Shown here piece after piece: positions 53,492 through 64,000 of a DNA stretch of 64,000 nucleotides. Below the pieces are notes generated by a model. That model worked only from the letters and a program-made list of their open reading frames with translations. It made no database searches and was not told the DNA's origin. Both the position numbers and the translations under genes were made by a program. The stretch covers positions 1,054,001 to 1,118,000 of the forward strand of contig NC_134031.1 in the NCBI RefSeq assembly GCF_964204645.1, written 5' to 3'. Within the stretch, counting starts at the first letter, position 1. Each line of letters opens with the position of its first letter. Source of the stretch: Tubulanus polymorphus (Eukaryota > Animalia > Nemertea).

Positions 53492-53581
53492 GTAAGTTGA
53501 TGTGTAAGAATGTGTAAAATCAATGATTGGACTTTGGTGAATTTGAGGATTCGATCGGTAATTTTGTTTTCATTTTCACAG

Positions 53582-53669
53582 ACAATCCATATACCCACAC
53601 GGGATTCGGGCTTAAATCAAAGCAAAAAACACGTTGTGGCGTTTGCTGGAGAGCTGAAAAAAGGTTAAG
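53582..53669 (+). CDS. cac: Cav2 exon I-II linker: NPYTHTGFGLKSKQKTRCGVCWRAEKRL(R)
   Basis: 88 nt, cacag and GTAAGA boundaries; conserved WRAEKR. Confidence 0.92.
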
Positions 53670-53724
53670 GTAAGAGACAAACATCTTGATCATCGTCACT
53701 TCATAATTATATTCAACTACGTAC

Positions 53725-53810
53725 AGTCGTTCCTGGCCGAGTGGTTTAAACCATCAGTCACTGGTCTCTCATTAATCCACCATCGATCGGTTCAAATCTG
53801 GTGGTAGCAG
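53725..53810 (+). mobile_element. tRNA-derived SINE head (degenerate)
   Basis: A box TGGCCGAGTGG and B box GGTTCAAATC; no intact cloverleaf. Confidence 0.45.
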
Positions 53811-53890
53811 AGTATTTGGCTGCTCCACCTAACTCTTGAGAAAAGAACCTGCCTCAAACTTACTAATACTGCCCTGAAATGTGAGTTTGA

Positions 53891-54187
53891 TCTCATCTCC
53901 CTTTCTCTCCACTCACTGCTCCTCCTTTTCTCTCTCCCTCCTGCCTTACCTCTCTCTCTCTCTCTCCTCTCACTGCCTCCTCTCCCTTCTGCCTTTCCTC
54001 TCTTCCCTCTCCCTTTCTCCCTCCTGTCCCTCTCTTTCTCTCTGTCTCTCCCTTTCTCCCATCTCCCTTTCTCTCCTCTCTTCTCTCTCCCTTCTTACTT
54101 TCTCCTTCCTGCCTCTCTCTTTCTCTCTGCCTCTCCCTTTCTATCTCTCCCTTTCTCTCTCCTGCCTTTCTTTTTCCTCGCCTCTCA
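53891..54187. repeat. CT-rich low-complexity tract
   Basis: Seen directly. Confidence 0.92.
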
Positions 54188-54869
54188 AAGCTAATTGAAA
54201 TGATTTGATACACGCGTTACAGTCATGTTGTAACCTGTTTTCTCTAGCTGTTCTTGCTCTTTACATTTGTTATATTGCTCTCTGATCTTCATTGGTAAGA
54301 ATTAATACCAGTGCACACTGACACTGACACTGACACTCACATACGCAGACACGTCAGTAGTGTTCATTGTTACCATAGAAACGAGACACTTATAGCGTGT
54401 GGATATATATATATATATATATATATCACTACAGCATCAACGACTTCAGTCATGTTTTCATTCCAAATTACAACAAATTCATAAATAACAAGAATATACC
54501 CAGAGTTGCTGCCAAAACTGTTCCTGATTTCGAGCATTTTGTTACTATTTTGTCCCGAGAAATACTGATATTATTTGTTCAATGTGTTCAGAAATATGTA
54601 AGGTGTTACTCAGGGTCTCAACCTTGTTTAATTTGAACATTTTATTTCATATTTCTTCATAGTGTTACTAAAAAAAAATTCAATTCATTACTGATAATTG
54701 TAAGGGAGTTAGTCTTAACACGCGTGAAATAGTCAAATAGTGAAATCACAAGAAAAATTCACTATCATAATTGACATCTTCATAAATACCACGATAAGAA
54801 TAAACTTAACAAATAAAAACTCACAGTTTATGCGTTTATTGTCTGATGATTATTAGTCTGACACTTTTG

Positions 54870-54936
54870 GAGTTTATCTAAACTCCATCATCAGAGAAAC
54901 TCCACCGTCATCAGATGATGGAGTTTAGATAAACTC
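54870..54936. repeat. Perfect 23-bp inverted repeat (hairpin) next to the branch point of the IIS1 exon
   Basis: GAGTTTATCTAAACTCCATCATC ... GATGATGGAGTTTAGATAAACTC. Confidence 0.85.
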
Positions 54937-54968
54937 AACATTCTAACCTCGATTGTTACATATTTCAG

Positions 54969-55096
54969 AGTAATGGTGCGAAAAATGGTTAAAAGCCAAG
55001 CATTTTATTGGATCGTCATCATGCTAGTATTTTTAAACACTTTATGCGTAGCCGTAGAACATTACGACCAGCCTATGTGGCTCACTAAATTCTTGT
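54969..55096 (+). CDS. cac: Cav2 exon IIS1: [42 protein letters not shown]
   Basis: 128 nt, tttcag and GTAAGT boundaries. Confidence 0.97.
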
Positions 55097-55288
55097 GTAA
55101 GTAGTGGATAAAAAGATGTAAAAAGTGTATTATCATTGTCTTAATGGGAAACCAGTTCCGCAGTTGTTGGTTTGACTATCGGAGATGGACCAATTTAAAC
55201 TAAAATCAAGAACTGTTGAATCTGATGAACCTAAGTTGATATAATTCAGTTCTTTGTAACCATTTAAGTTGTTTTATTTGTTTTACAG

Positions 55289-55401
55289 TCTACACTGAAT
55301 ACGTGTTCCTGGGCCTTTTCTTGGGAGAAATGTTCATCAAAATGTATGGTCTCGGATTCCGCCTGTACTTCCAGTCTTTATTCAACATGTTTGATTGTGG
55401 A
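55289..55401 (+). CDS. cac: Cav2 exon IIS2: [37 protein letters not shown]
   Basis: 113 nt, ttacag and GTAAGT boundaries. Confidence 0.97.
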
Positions 55402-55658
55402 GTAAGTATCCAAACTCGTTATCAGTCTGATTGTGAAGAAATTAAGCTGCTCCACAACAGCGTACTCCGCTCAAGTCAGATCTTTCAGGATGAAATCTTT
55501 CCAACTTTGCAAGCGATAGGGTCAGATAAATGTTTTAACAAATTTCAGAATCAAACGGTATAATCAGTTGAGTTGATAGGATCCAACTTGAGCACAGTCT
55601 ACTGTTCATGCATTAACTTTTATCAGTTTAAATGTATACCAATATGTATTATTTACAG

Positions 55659-55768
55659 GTTATCCTAGGTAGTATATTTGAGGTGATTTATGGACAGATT
55701 CACGGTGGTTCCTACGGTATATCAGTACTACGAGCCTTGAGACTGCTGAGAATATTCAAAGTAACAAG
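55659..55768 (+). CDS. cac: Cav2 exon IIS3-S4: [36 protein letters not shown](R)
   Basis: 110 nt, ttacag and GTAATT boundaries; canonical IIS4. Confidence 0.97.
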
Positions 55769-56163
55769 GTAATTATATCAACGATTGACTGGATTTCCCC
55801 GGGCTCCAGCTATCCCACCAGATAACAATATTCAAATGATTTTTAGATTAACTTTCTTTCATCTAGAATTTTAGCGGCCCACATCAGCAATTACCCGGTA
55901 GGCAATTCTCATCTCAGGATAAACCTAATTTTAAAGGCCAATTCCTACTTGTTATTCTTTGAATTTGAGAAGAATCCTTTTTTGCTACAATAGTTGATGT
56001 CCTGCTGCACACTAGTGCACCTGGTGGATCCTTACTTGCCACAAGTGAAATCCTTGATTGCGGCAGTAGTCGATGTCCTACTGCACAATAGTTACACCTG
56101 GTGGATCCTCGATTGCCACAGTCGACCTCTGAATCCTGATCGATATGCGTTTGTATATTTCAG

Positions 56164-56295
56164 ATATTGGGCGTCATTGAGGAATCTGGTTGTGTCACTG
56201 TTAAACAGTATGCGCTCCATTATTTCCCTGTTGTTTCTTCTGTTCTTGTTCATCGTCATCTTCGCACTTCTCGGAATGCAATTGTTCGGTGGAGA
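56164..56295 (+). CDS. cac: Cav2 exon IIS5: [43 protein letters not shown](E)
   Basis: 132 nt, tttcag and GTAAGT boundaries. Confidence 0.97.
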
Positions 56296-56594
56296 GTAAG
56301 TAGACCAGTATATAGAGAGGTCCTGGTAACTTAGCCAGCAGTAATAATCAGTATGTTACTCATCGAATGAAATGTTGGTGATTATGTCTCAGTCTACAAC
56401 ATCGGGATTCTTTAAGATGACCATTAGGATAAGTTGAAACATTGAATAAAGTACACTAACGCAATTCAAGGGAACATTTTCAACTATATTTTCTATTTCG
56501 TTCTTAGTGTGGTGGGATTTTATATTATCTTTACAACACAGACTCCGAGTGTTTCGTCGATGCTTATATTCAAACTGTATATTTTTTTGCTCAG

Positions 56595-56667
56595 GTGGAA
56601 TTTCCCTGATGGTCGACCCGCGATGCACTTTGATACATTCTCTATGGCGTTACTCACCGTATTCCAG
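56595..56667 (+). CDS. cac: Cav2 exon domain II pore entry: WNFPDGRPAMHFDTFSMALLTVFQ
   Basis: 73 nt, ctcag and GTAAGT boundaries. Confidence 0.96.
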
Positions 56668-56951
56668 GTAAGTCTTCTATCCAGTTCCAACAGTTGTGTC
56701 GGTTAAAATTTGACTCTACAGTCGTAAGCATATGCAAGAGTTTAGTCAAATCTAACCATGAACTGCCAAACTTGACACAAATCTAAAAGATTAAAAAACA
56801 GAAATTATCGAAAATCAAAAGACGGTTTTCGATTCTCTCAATTGTGAAGACACCTCAATATCTATTCTCCATGTGTTGCTGTGGGCGTATAACTTCAGCC
56901 TGATTTACGACATGAATACTGTATTTCACTATGTTTTGTTTTTTGTAACAG

Positions 56952-57069
56952 ATATTAACCGGTGAGGATTGGAATACAGTGATGTATTTTGGAATACGTT
57001 CTCGTGGTGGTATTGATAAAGGCATGATTTACAGCACATATTTCATCATCTTAGTCATATTTGGTAACT
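56952..57069 (+). CDS. cac: Cav2 exon domain II pore/IIS6: [39 protein letters not shown](Y)
   Basis: 118 nt; selectivity-filter TGEDW; ends at U12 donor GTATCCTTT. Confidence 0.97.
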
Positions 57070-57344
57070 GTATCCTTTTCTATGATCTCGTAATGATTTG
57101 AAGTTGCAGCAGCGGCGTTGTCTAAATCAGACCCCGTCCCACAGTTTTGACTAGAGTTGACTCGAAAGTTTCAATTGCTTTTAACCGAGTAGAACTGGAT
57201 TCTGAACTCTGGGAACTGGAACCTGGACTGTAGCACTGGGTCTGGGTCTGGGTCTAGAACCATGGAACTGGGCTGTGGAACAGTTAAGTACCTATGACTG
57301 TTGAATCAGTACAGCTATGACCCTTTAACTGATCATCTAATCAG
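57070..57344 (+). other. U12-type GT-AG intron (275 nt)
   Basis: 5' splice site GTATCCTTTT; branch CCCTTTAAC at 57321-57329 close to the CAG; no polypyrimidine tract. Confidence 0.9.
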
Positions 57345-57445
57345 ATACCCTGCTCAATGTATTCTTGGCTATTGCTGTCGATAACTTGGCGAACGCCCAA
57401 GAATTGACGGCTGCTGAAGAGGAGGCTGAAGAGGAAGAAGAGAAG
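57345..57445 (+). CDS. cac: Cav2 exon end of IIS6: [33 protein letters not shown]
   Basis: 101 nt; canonical [14 protein letters not shown]; donor GTAAAA, phase 0. Confidence 0.96.
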
Positions 57446-58009
57446 GTAAAATCATTTTCTTTTCTGTTGTGTCGTGGAACTGCTGTAAAATGCTTTGCTA
57501 CTGGTTCTGTTTCAGTGTACTATCAGTTAAACCGATGGTGAATCATCATCCGTTCTGTGTTTCGTTTTAACTTTGTTTCGGGCTTGTGTTTAAAATGAGC
57601 CGTTTGTTCCGATTGTTTTAATTACGTTTAAAATCATGAAATTCGTCGTCGATGGGGAGGATCAGATTCGGGTTAGAGCTGGTCGATACGGGGCGACCAC
57701 TAACATCCTGGAAAACCTGGACAAAATCTGAGGTAATCGGCGAAATCTCGGGGAATTCGGTAAAAAATCTTGTCAAATCTAAAAAATTTGAGCTGTTTTT
57801 ACTGATGTTGAATGATGAGATCCAATTTGTGACATCTTGATAAATCATCACTTTTCTCTGCAAAAATCTTTTGGCTTTACCTTTAAATCAAATTGGGAGG
57901 AATATTTCCTTCTCAGGAAATCCAGGTATAAAAGTGGTCTCCCCGTAATAGGAATAAACCGACGTGAAGTGAATTTTAAGCATACTTTATATTTCTCTTC
58001 CTTATCTAG

Positions 58010-58033
58010 CGACGTTTGGCTGAAGAAGACCGG
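58010..58033 (+). CDS. cac: Candidate 24-nt microexon in II-III linker: RRLAEEDR
   Basis: Long pyrimidine tract ending ctag; donor CGG|GTGATT; phase 0-0; charged peptide continues the acidic helix. Confidence 0.5.
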
Positions 58034-59569
58034 GTGATTAGATTAGACCCTGTTTTTATTTCAATGACCTGTGTCTGTATATATAACACCTCATTTATTA
58101 TTATCAACATCAAAAATCTGGAATCTTAATAACTGAAAATAACCAAGTTGATCGTCAGAATATCAGCGACTGATGACGCTGTCTTTCATACCAACAAATT
58201 TCCGGACAATATTCTCGAATAGATAATACAGACCTGACTACCGTTGATACGTATTTGAGAGTAGAACCTACTAACTGAGTAGGATAAGTGCATTTGACCT
58301 CATTGGGTGTCAAATTGTTGTGAAAACTACAACGAAGGTAAATACAAAGGTAGTCCGGTCTGAATGGATATATCTATGAGGATCTGAAACAATCGTGGCT
58401 CCGTTTTAACAGTTAGAAATCTCAGCCAATCAAACGTCCCCAGACGTGTATATCACGCACTTTAAGTTAGAGTGAATAGAGATTTGTGTAGACTTTATAT
58501 GAACAGAAAATTGTGAAAATTGTTCTAGTGAAACTTGACTCATAAAATACTGCGATATTTTCTGTTCATCTTGAGTCGTTTTGATTAGAAACGTGTACCA
58601 TTTTAATTAATGGCATGATTGATTTAGGTATCAATTAGTATTCGTTTTTGAGTCTGTTTTGGCGCCACCTGTGAGCGTCGTTTGTACAACGTTCACAGGT
58701 GGCGCTTCGTACCCTGTGATTGATATATCGTATTTTTAGGTATTAACTAGTATTCATTATGTATTTGAACCTGTGGATTCATTTTCGTAGAGTTGACATT
58801 TTTTGAATTCACTATGATGCCTTCCGCACTCTTAGTACGGATTCAATGCTGATGATGTTATACGAGATCCTGCCACAGTTAAACACCCTGCAATGTACAA
58901 ACACAGAAGATTGAACAGTTTTCTGAATAATTCATCAATTTGAATACAAATGAGAAGTTTAATTCAGTCTCCACGTTATCGTTTGAGTAAAACTGTACTA
59001 ACACAAACAGTGTTCTCTACTGTGGCACAGTTCAGCTTTGAATCCAAGCGAGGGTACATTTTATAAGTTTGTATATTGTCCCTGATTAAGTGAACGTCCC
59101 CCCATCCCTCCCTGTGACCCCCTTCCCCCCACTGCTGCTGCTGCTGCTGCTCATATTCCTGTTGTAGAAGTTTAACTTACTAAACCCGAACATATTGATA
59201 ACTGAATTATTGAGTATTTTTACTATGATAGCTCTTATAGTACTTACAACTTGGACTGGAGTTAACATGTTCAATAGTTACTTCGAGTTATCATCCTCCC
59301 CCAACCCCCGCCCCGCACCACACCCCCACCCCTATGTGATCATAGCATGATTGTTGCATGAGAAGTGTATTCATTTTTCAGCACCCCTATTAGTAGAAGA
59401 ATACATTAATCAGTTAAATAGAATTCATCATCATTTCTATTATATTCAACAACATCATTTTCAATTCGTGATTTCTGAAATTCCGGAGACTCCTCTCATT
59501 TTCATTCACTTTCCGAATTATTTCCTTCATCAAGTGTTAAAATTATCGGCAAAATTATTATGTTTCTAG

Positions 59570-59629
59570 CGACGACAAGAAGCGAAAGAAAAAGAGGCTG
59601 ACCAATTCTCCGCTGAATCGTCCCAGGTT
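59570..59629 (+). CDS. cac: Candidate alternative II-III linker exon: RRQEAKEKEADQFSAESSQ(V); 3' end uncertain
   Basis: Acceptor gtttctag; purine-rich coding-like sequence resembling the start of exon 60947. Possible donors after 59626, 59629 or 59633, or read-through to TGA TAG at 59645-59650. Confidence 0.55.
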
Positions 59630-60946
59630 GTTAGTAACTTGTGGTGATAGGTCATAACGAAATTGAACTGACATCTGTCCTTTCTTGTCTGTCCTCTTTA
59701 GCTTCGTAAGGGCTGGTAGAAAAATTGTCTTTACCCCGATATAGATATCTTCTTGTAGTAAATGCGTAGAATTCCGAGCTTACACTAATGTGTGCAGGGG
59801 CCGATTTAGGGGATGGTCTCAGGGTCCGAACCCTGCCTACTTATTGAGGTTGCCCTTTTAAGACGTATTTTTTCAAAAATAGCTCAACACCAATGGTGTT
59901 TTTTTCTGGACCAATTTTCTTAGATTTGCCCTTTCCATGGCATACAAGGGTACATAAGGATCTGGCAGATTTATTTAAGTTATCGCGCTTCAATTTTACA
60001 TTTCAATTGAATTCTTTAGTAAAGCAATTTCCCAGTGAATTCTTTACCATAAACTTGAATGTGAAAATGCGTCATATCCTAGACCTCACTTATCCGTTGC
60101 CTCATTTGAGCTTATAATTTGCTATAAGAAGATATATTATCCATGTTGGGTAAGCATGATTAATGCCTTGCCTTCATTCCTCTATGCGTGAAAGATGTGA
60201 AGGTTGTAATAAAGACTTTTGAAATTTCCGCTACATTCAAACAACGACTGTAGCTTTTTTCACATTTATTTAATTTTGCACCGTTTTATTTACATATTAT
60301 ACATATATATATATATATATATATCTATATTTATTGTTTTATTTTTAATGTAAACGTACTTCGAAATACGAATGTATTTCTTCAATTAGTTTTGTTGTTA
60401 ATTTATACTTCTAAGCATAAATTAATGTCTATGGATCAAGAAATGTGTAAAACCTTCAGTATTAAGAATGACTTCAGTAATTTATATATCTTAACCGTCA
60501 GAGAATACTGAATATGTTAGGTATCGATGGCTTTGCATTATGGCAGCTTTTCGTGTGTTTTTCAGCTTTTTTATACCGTTTTTATTCGTCACCGTTTCAA
60601 TTTTTTGTCACTCGCAATTTTTATCTGAAAAAATCCGCACATATACCTAATCATTTGTCGCTACAAATCTCGGGATTCAATCAAAACATGATCCAGATTA
60701 TTAAACTTATTCAGGGCTGTATCGAATATAACAATATGCAAAAAGGGCACTTTTCCAAATTTGGGGGGGTGGCAAATACCCCCTGCCCTGCACTAGGTAC
60801 GATCCTGCTATTGCTGTATTTTGGAAACATTGTTCCTTATGTGCAAGTAATAAATGGATTATGTTTTGTTTTGCTGGGAATTTTCTTATAGAAATCTGAA
60901 AGCATTTTTTGAGCTCACGTTATCGTAATTTTCCGTAAATTTTCAG

Positions 60947-61083
60947 AGAAAAGAAGAAATGCAAGCGGAAGTGGAGAATCAATTCGGAATCCCGGCGTCC
61001 GGTGGGATCGATCCTCCGCAGGTCAACATCTGTCCGCCGTCGCCGCAGAACAACGAAGATCCCAAAACCGGAAACTTTGCATA
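60947..61083 (+). CDS. cac: Cav2 II-III linker exon: RKEEMQAEVENQFGIPASGGIDPPQVNICPPSPQNNEDPKTGNFA(Y)
   Basis: 137 nt, tttcag and GTAAGT boundaries, phase 0 to 2. I recall VNICPPSPQNNE from molluscan Cav2 (not verified). Confidence 0.92.
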
Positions 61084-61165
61084 GTAAGTAGAACGTCGAT
61101 GCTGCTTCTGTCGGAGCCACCTTTAACCATTGATTAAACACTCAGTCCGTGTTGAAAGATGATTT

Positions 61166-61512
61166 AAAATCCTACACTTAGAAAGAAAAAAGTCCGAAAT
61201 GTTTCCTCAAGCTATTAATGTTAAACATAAACAAAGCTATAACATTTTAACTAAGACTTGTTTGTATCCTATAAGTCATCCTCAGGAATGCAGTATTATT
61301 GAGCTAAAGTTTATTTGAAGTTTTGACTTAAACTCATAGTCATCTTCAGGAATATAGTATTACTTGTAGTTTATTCGGCGTTTTGACTATATCCTTATAT
61401 AGTCATCTTCAAGAGCGCGCCTGAAGATGACTCGGGATATAGTCGAAACTTCGAATAAACTACTAGCTCAAGGAAACTTTCGGGACTCCTTTTATTCTCC
61501 ATGTGGGATTTT
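61166..61512. mobile_element. Inverted-repeat element with tandem minimal hammerhead-ribozyme-like motifs (Penelope-like-element derived?)
   Basis: Terminal inverted arms; three minus-strand units and one plus-strand unit of CTGAAGA-T-GACT...AGTC-GAAAC. Confidence 0.6.
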
Positions 61513-61643
61513 ATATATTCATAAACCACCATCTCTCTGCAAAATTCTCTTCATCACCCCATATATTTTTGTCATATATCCACACCACACATGAACATTA
61601 TCCAATTCTAAGATGACGTTTTCATTTCCAGTATTTCTTTCAG

Positions 61644-61756
61644 CGACCAAGCGAAGCAGAATAACCTGAAAGACAACCGCAGTAAAGTGATGGCGATAGA
61701 CATGGATAAAAAAGTGAACGGCGAAGGAAACGATAACGTACATCACTCAAGCACTG
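61644..61756 (+). CDS. cac: Cav2 II-III linker exon: DQAKQNNLKDNRSKVMAIDMDKKVNGEGNDNVHHSST (alternative in-frame acceptor at 61632 adds ISFS)
   Basis: 113 nt, tttcag and GTCAGT boundaries; phase 2 to 1 exactly bridges exons 60947 and 63869. Confidence 0.85.
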
Positions 61757-62171
61757 GTCAGTTTATAATTACTCTTATTTCTCTAAGATTAGAACACGAT
61801 TTTGTGCGACCTACAAATTTGAAGAAGCAAATAATTCAAGGCCCTTTTTGATTGTGCTTGTCCGGTAGATGAATTATCTGATTTCTCTTTCGAATGTCGC
61901 GTTCGTAAGTTTCTGCCAATTCTTTCGTCTCCCCTCTGCGATGGCGGAAATCGTTTATGGACAAGAATATTCCATCTTCCAGCGGGGAAGGGCCTTGCTA
62001 ACATAAAGTTTACCGATTCCAGTGAAATCATTGACAATACTTTTTGACCTAAAACTGACCTACCCAAACTAGAACAATTTCCCATTAAAAAAAATATGCA
62101 TCATTTATCTTTTGATTTTGATCTAAACTATTTCCAATGTTGTGATGTGTTTTCTACTGATCTCGCGACAG

Positions 62172-62192
62172 GTGCTCAAAATCCCAACGAAG
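62172..62192 (+). CDS. cac: Candidate 21-nt microexon: (G)AQNPNE
   Basis: Branch-like TACTGAT, acceptor acag, donor AAG|GTAACA; phase 1-1 and frame-preserving. Confidence 0.5.
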
Positions 62193-62667
62193 GTAACATT
62201 TCCAATGATTATCCGATGCATTATCATTCGTATATCATACATTCCCAAAATCATTGTCGAATTCAGAAATTACGAAAAAAGAAGCCGAATTTCTTCACGG
62301 TTGAGACAAATAACCCGATTCTAAACGGTGGCTTCGTCAATTCAATCTCAAATTCGTTAAATTGCTCGTAATTTTTTTTTTTCTCGAACAATTCGATAAT
62401 CGTTATTTTTTTGAAAGTAATGAATTCGACAAAAAATGCGGGTCAATCTTTTTCTCAGTTTTCTTCGCATTTTAACCTCTGGTAGAAACACATAGATTTA
62501 TACAGTTAAACAACTAGATTTCAGTTCGATCGATATTCATTATATCATCAAAGAATTAACTGATTTTGCGGTGTCACACAATAAATTCTATTTCAATCAT
62601 CACTTTTATTGATAATTTCCTACAATATGATATAATTAATCATTTTAATTGAATGTGCGTGTCGTGA

Positions 62668-62711
<44 letters not shown>
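62668..62711. repeat. (ATT)n microsatellite
   Basis: Seen directly. Confidence 0.95.
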
Positions 62712-63868
62712 GATTAACATTGCGTATTGTTATTATCATTCTTACTACACAAAAAGCACTTTTTATCAAATGCAGTAGATTTGGTAGATTTTTTTTAGAT
62801 CTACTTATCTATTGTTTCGGAAGGTATTTTACCAGAGTGTTGAGTAGCGCTTGGAAGAGGATTTGCCCTGATCGTAATCCCGTCTCGCCGAGTAATAGAA
62901 CTAGTTTTATAGACAGGGGATGAACGTAGGCTTTTGCGGAAGATTTTTTAATCAAGTTGCTTATTTCGGTAAATGGAAATAACTGCCTGAATTTAATAAT
63001 GTCAGTTCTTGCGCGAGTAATAAACGCTGCTTGTCTATTAAACCAGGCTCTATATTGGTTTTTGTCTCGTAATACTGTATATAAAACCCGTATTCAATTA
63101 ACCTACATATAACGAATACATTGTGGCCTTGTTCTGTCCTAATACCTGGATGTGGTTGGTTGGTTGGTTGGTTTGAAGAGCTTCCATGTAATCCCGCTAT
63201 CAGAGTCTTGGAAGATGAGATCATGCTCGACGGCTTTACTGAATGTATTTAATTGGATGCTCTATATCATTCCATCGCGGCTGATGAGGTTTTTTTACCC
63301 CCCAAAAAAAATGTGCTGACATGAATTTTCACGATCTATGGCCTTGTATTGTCTACCATAACATGTTGTTGTGCATCAATTGGCCCTGATTATTCCCCCA
63401 AGGTCCAGTGCTCAAAAGTTGATTAAGGTTAGGTTGGTTACAGTTTTTACAGTCACTATGTCAGTTATCCGCTGCTTAACTTTAACCGACCTTAGAGCAA
63501 CTGACCCCAGATCGTTAATGCCTATCACCAGTCGAAGTCTCGTGCTGTGAAACCCTTGTATTGAATGTTCACCTCCTAACCTCAACCATCTGAATGAACT
63601 GGATTCAACTGTGTCTTACAGTGTACTGATATTATTTTTAGCACATTTTAATCTTAAATCTTACTTAATAATAACACGTTTGCTGTGGATTTCTTGCTAA
63701 ATCATTTATAACATCTCTCTTCAACTCTTAAATTGACCTTGGTTTCAGGTCCATTTTTGCATTTAAGTCTTAACTCTGGAACCCATGCACTATGGGCTCG
63801 GTATTGTAGTCTTTGTTTCCTCAGTAATCAATGCAAAGTTAATCGACTAAGATGATTCTCCATTACAG

Positions 63869-63995
63869 ATAGCAACTTAAACTCAAACAGTACAGATTAC
63901 AATTTACAACGTAACAACACTGGCCAAGAGAGTTTTAATGGTCCGAAACCTATGCTGCCTTACAGCTCAATGTTCATCTTCAGTCCTACAAACCC
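63869..63995 (+). CDS. cac: Cav2 exon end of II-III linker: SNLNSNSTDYNLQRNNTGQESFNGPKPMLPYSSMFIFSPTN(P)
   Basis: 127 nt, ttacag and GTGAG boundaries; conserved GPKPMLPYSSMFIF..TNP. Confidence 0.95.
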
Positions 63996-64000
63996 GTGAG

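Noticed and set aside
53881-54213. Ser/Leu-rich and Glu/Arg-rich ORFs of about 105 aa
   Set aside because: Translations of the CT-rich low-complexity tract.
54248-54294. 47-nt AG...GTAAGA segment as an extra exon
   Set aside because: Frame-shifting, with a pyrimidine-rich intron-like composition; a poison exon cannot be supported without RNA data.

Overview
AT-rich, intron-rich animal genomic DNA, with no prokaryotic features. Almost the whole window is the 5' half of one + strand gene: an invertebrate Cav2-type (P/Q/N-type; cacophony/UNC-2/CACNA1A-B-E orthologue) voltage-gated calcium channel alpha-1 subunit, probably from a lophotrochozoan. I rebuilt the exon chain by hand from the N-terminus through domain I, the AID, domain II and the II-III linker up to the start of domain III; all splice phases are consistent. 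The gene continues beyond the window. Main observations: (1) three tandem, phase-matched, apparently mutually exclusive exons for the domain I S3-S4 voltage sensor, one of them very divergent (RYYRVLRVCKLLKRFH); (2) two mutually exclusive domain I S6 exons, one placing Ala at the position equivalent to Timothy-syndrome G406; (3) two minor-spliceosome (U12) introns, a 9-kb AT-AC and a GT-AG; (4) at least two alternative upstream coding exons 19-36 kb upstream; (5) candidate microexons and a possible truncating exon in the II-III linker. The introns contain MITEs, tRNA-derived repeats, satellites, a hammerhead-ribozyme-like repeat family and a P-element-like excision footprint. Most ORFs in the supplied track are spurious.
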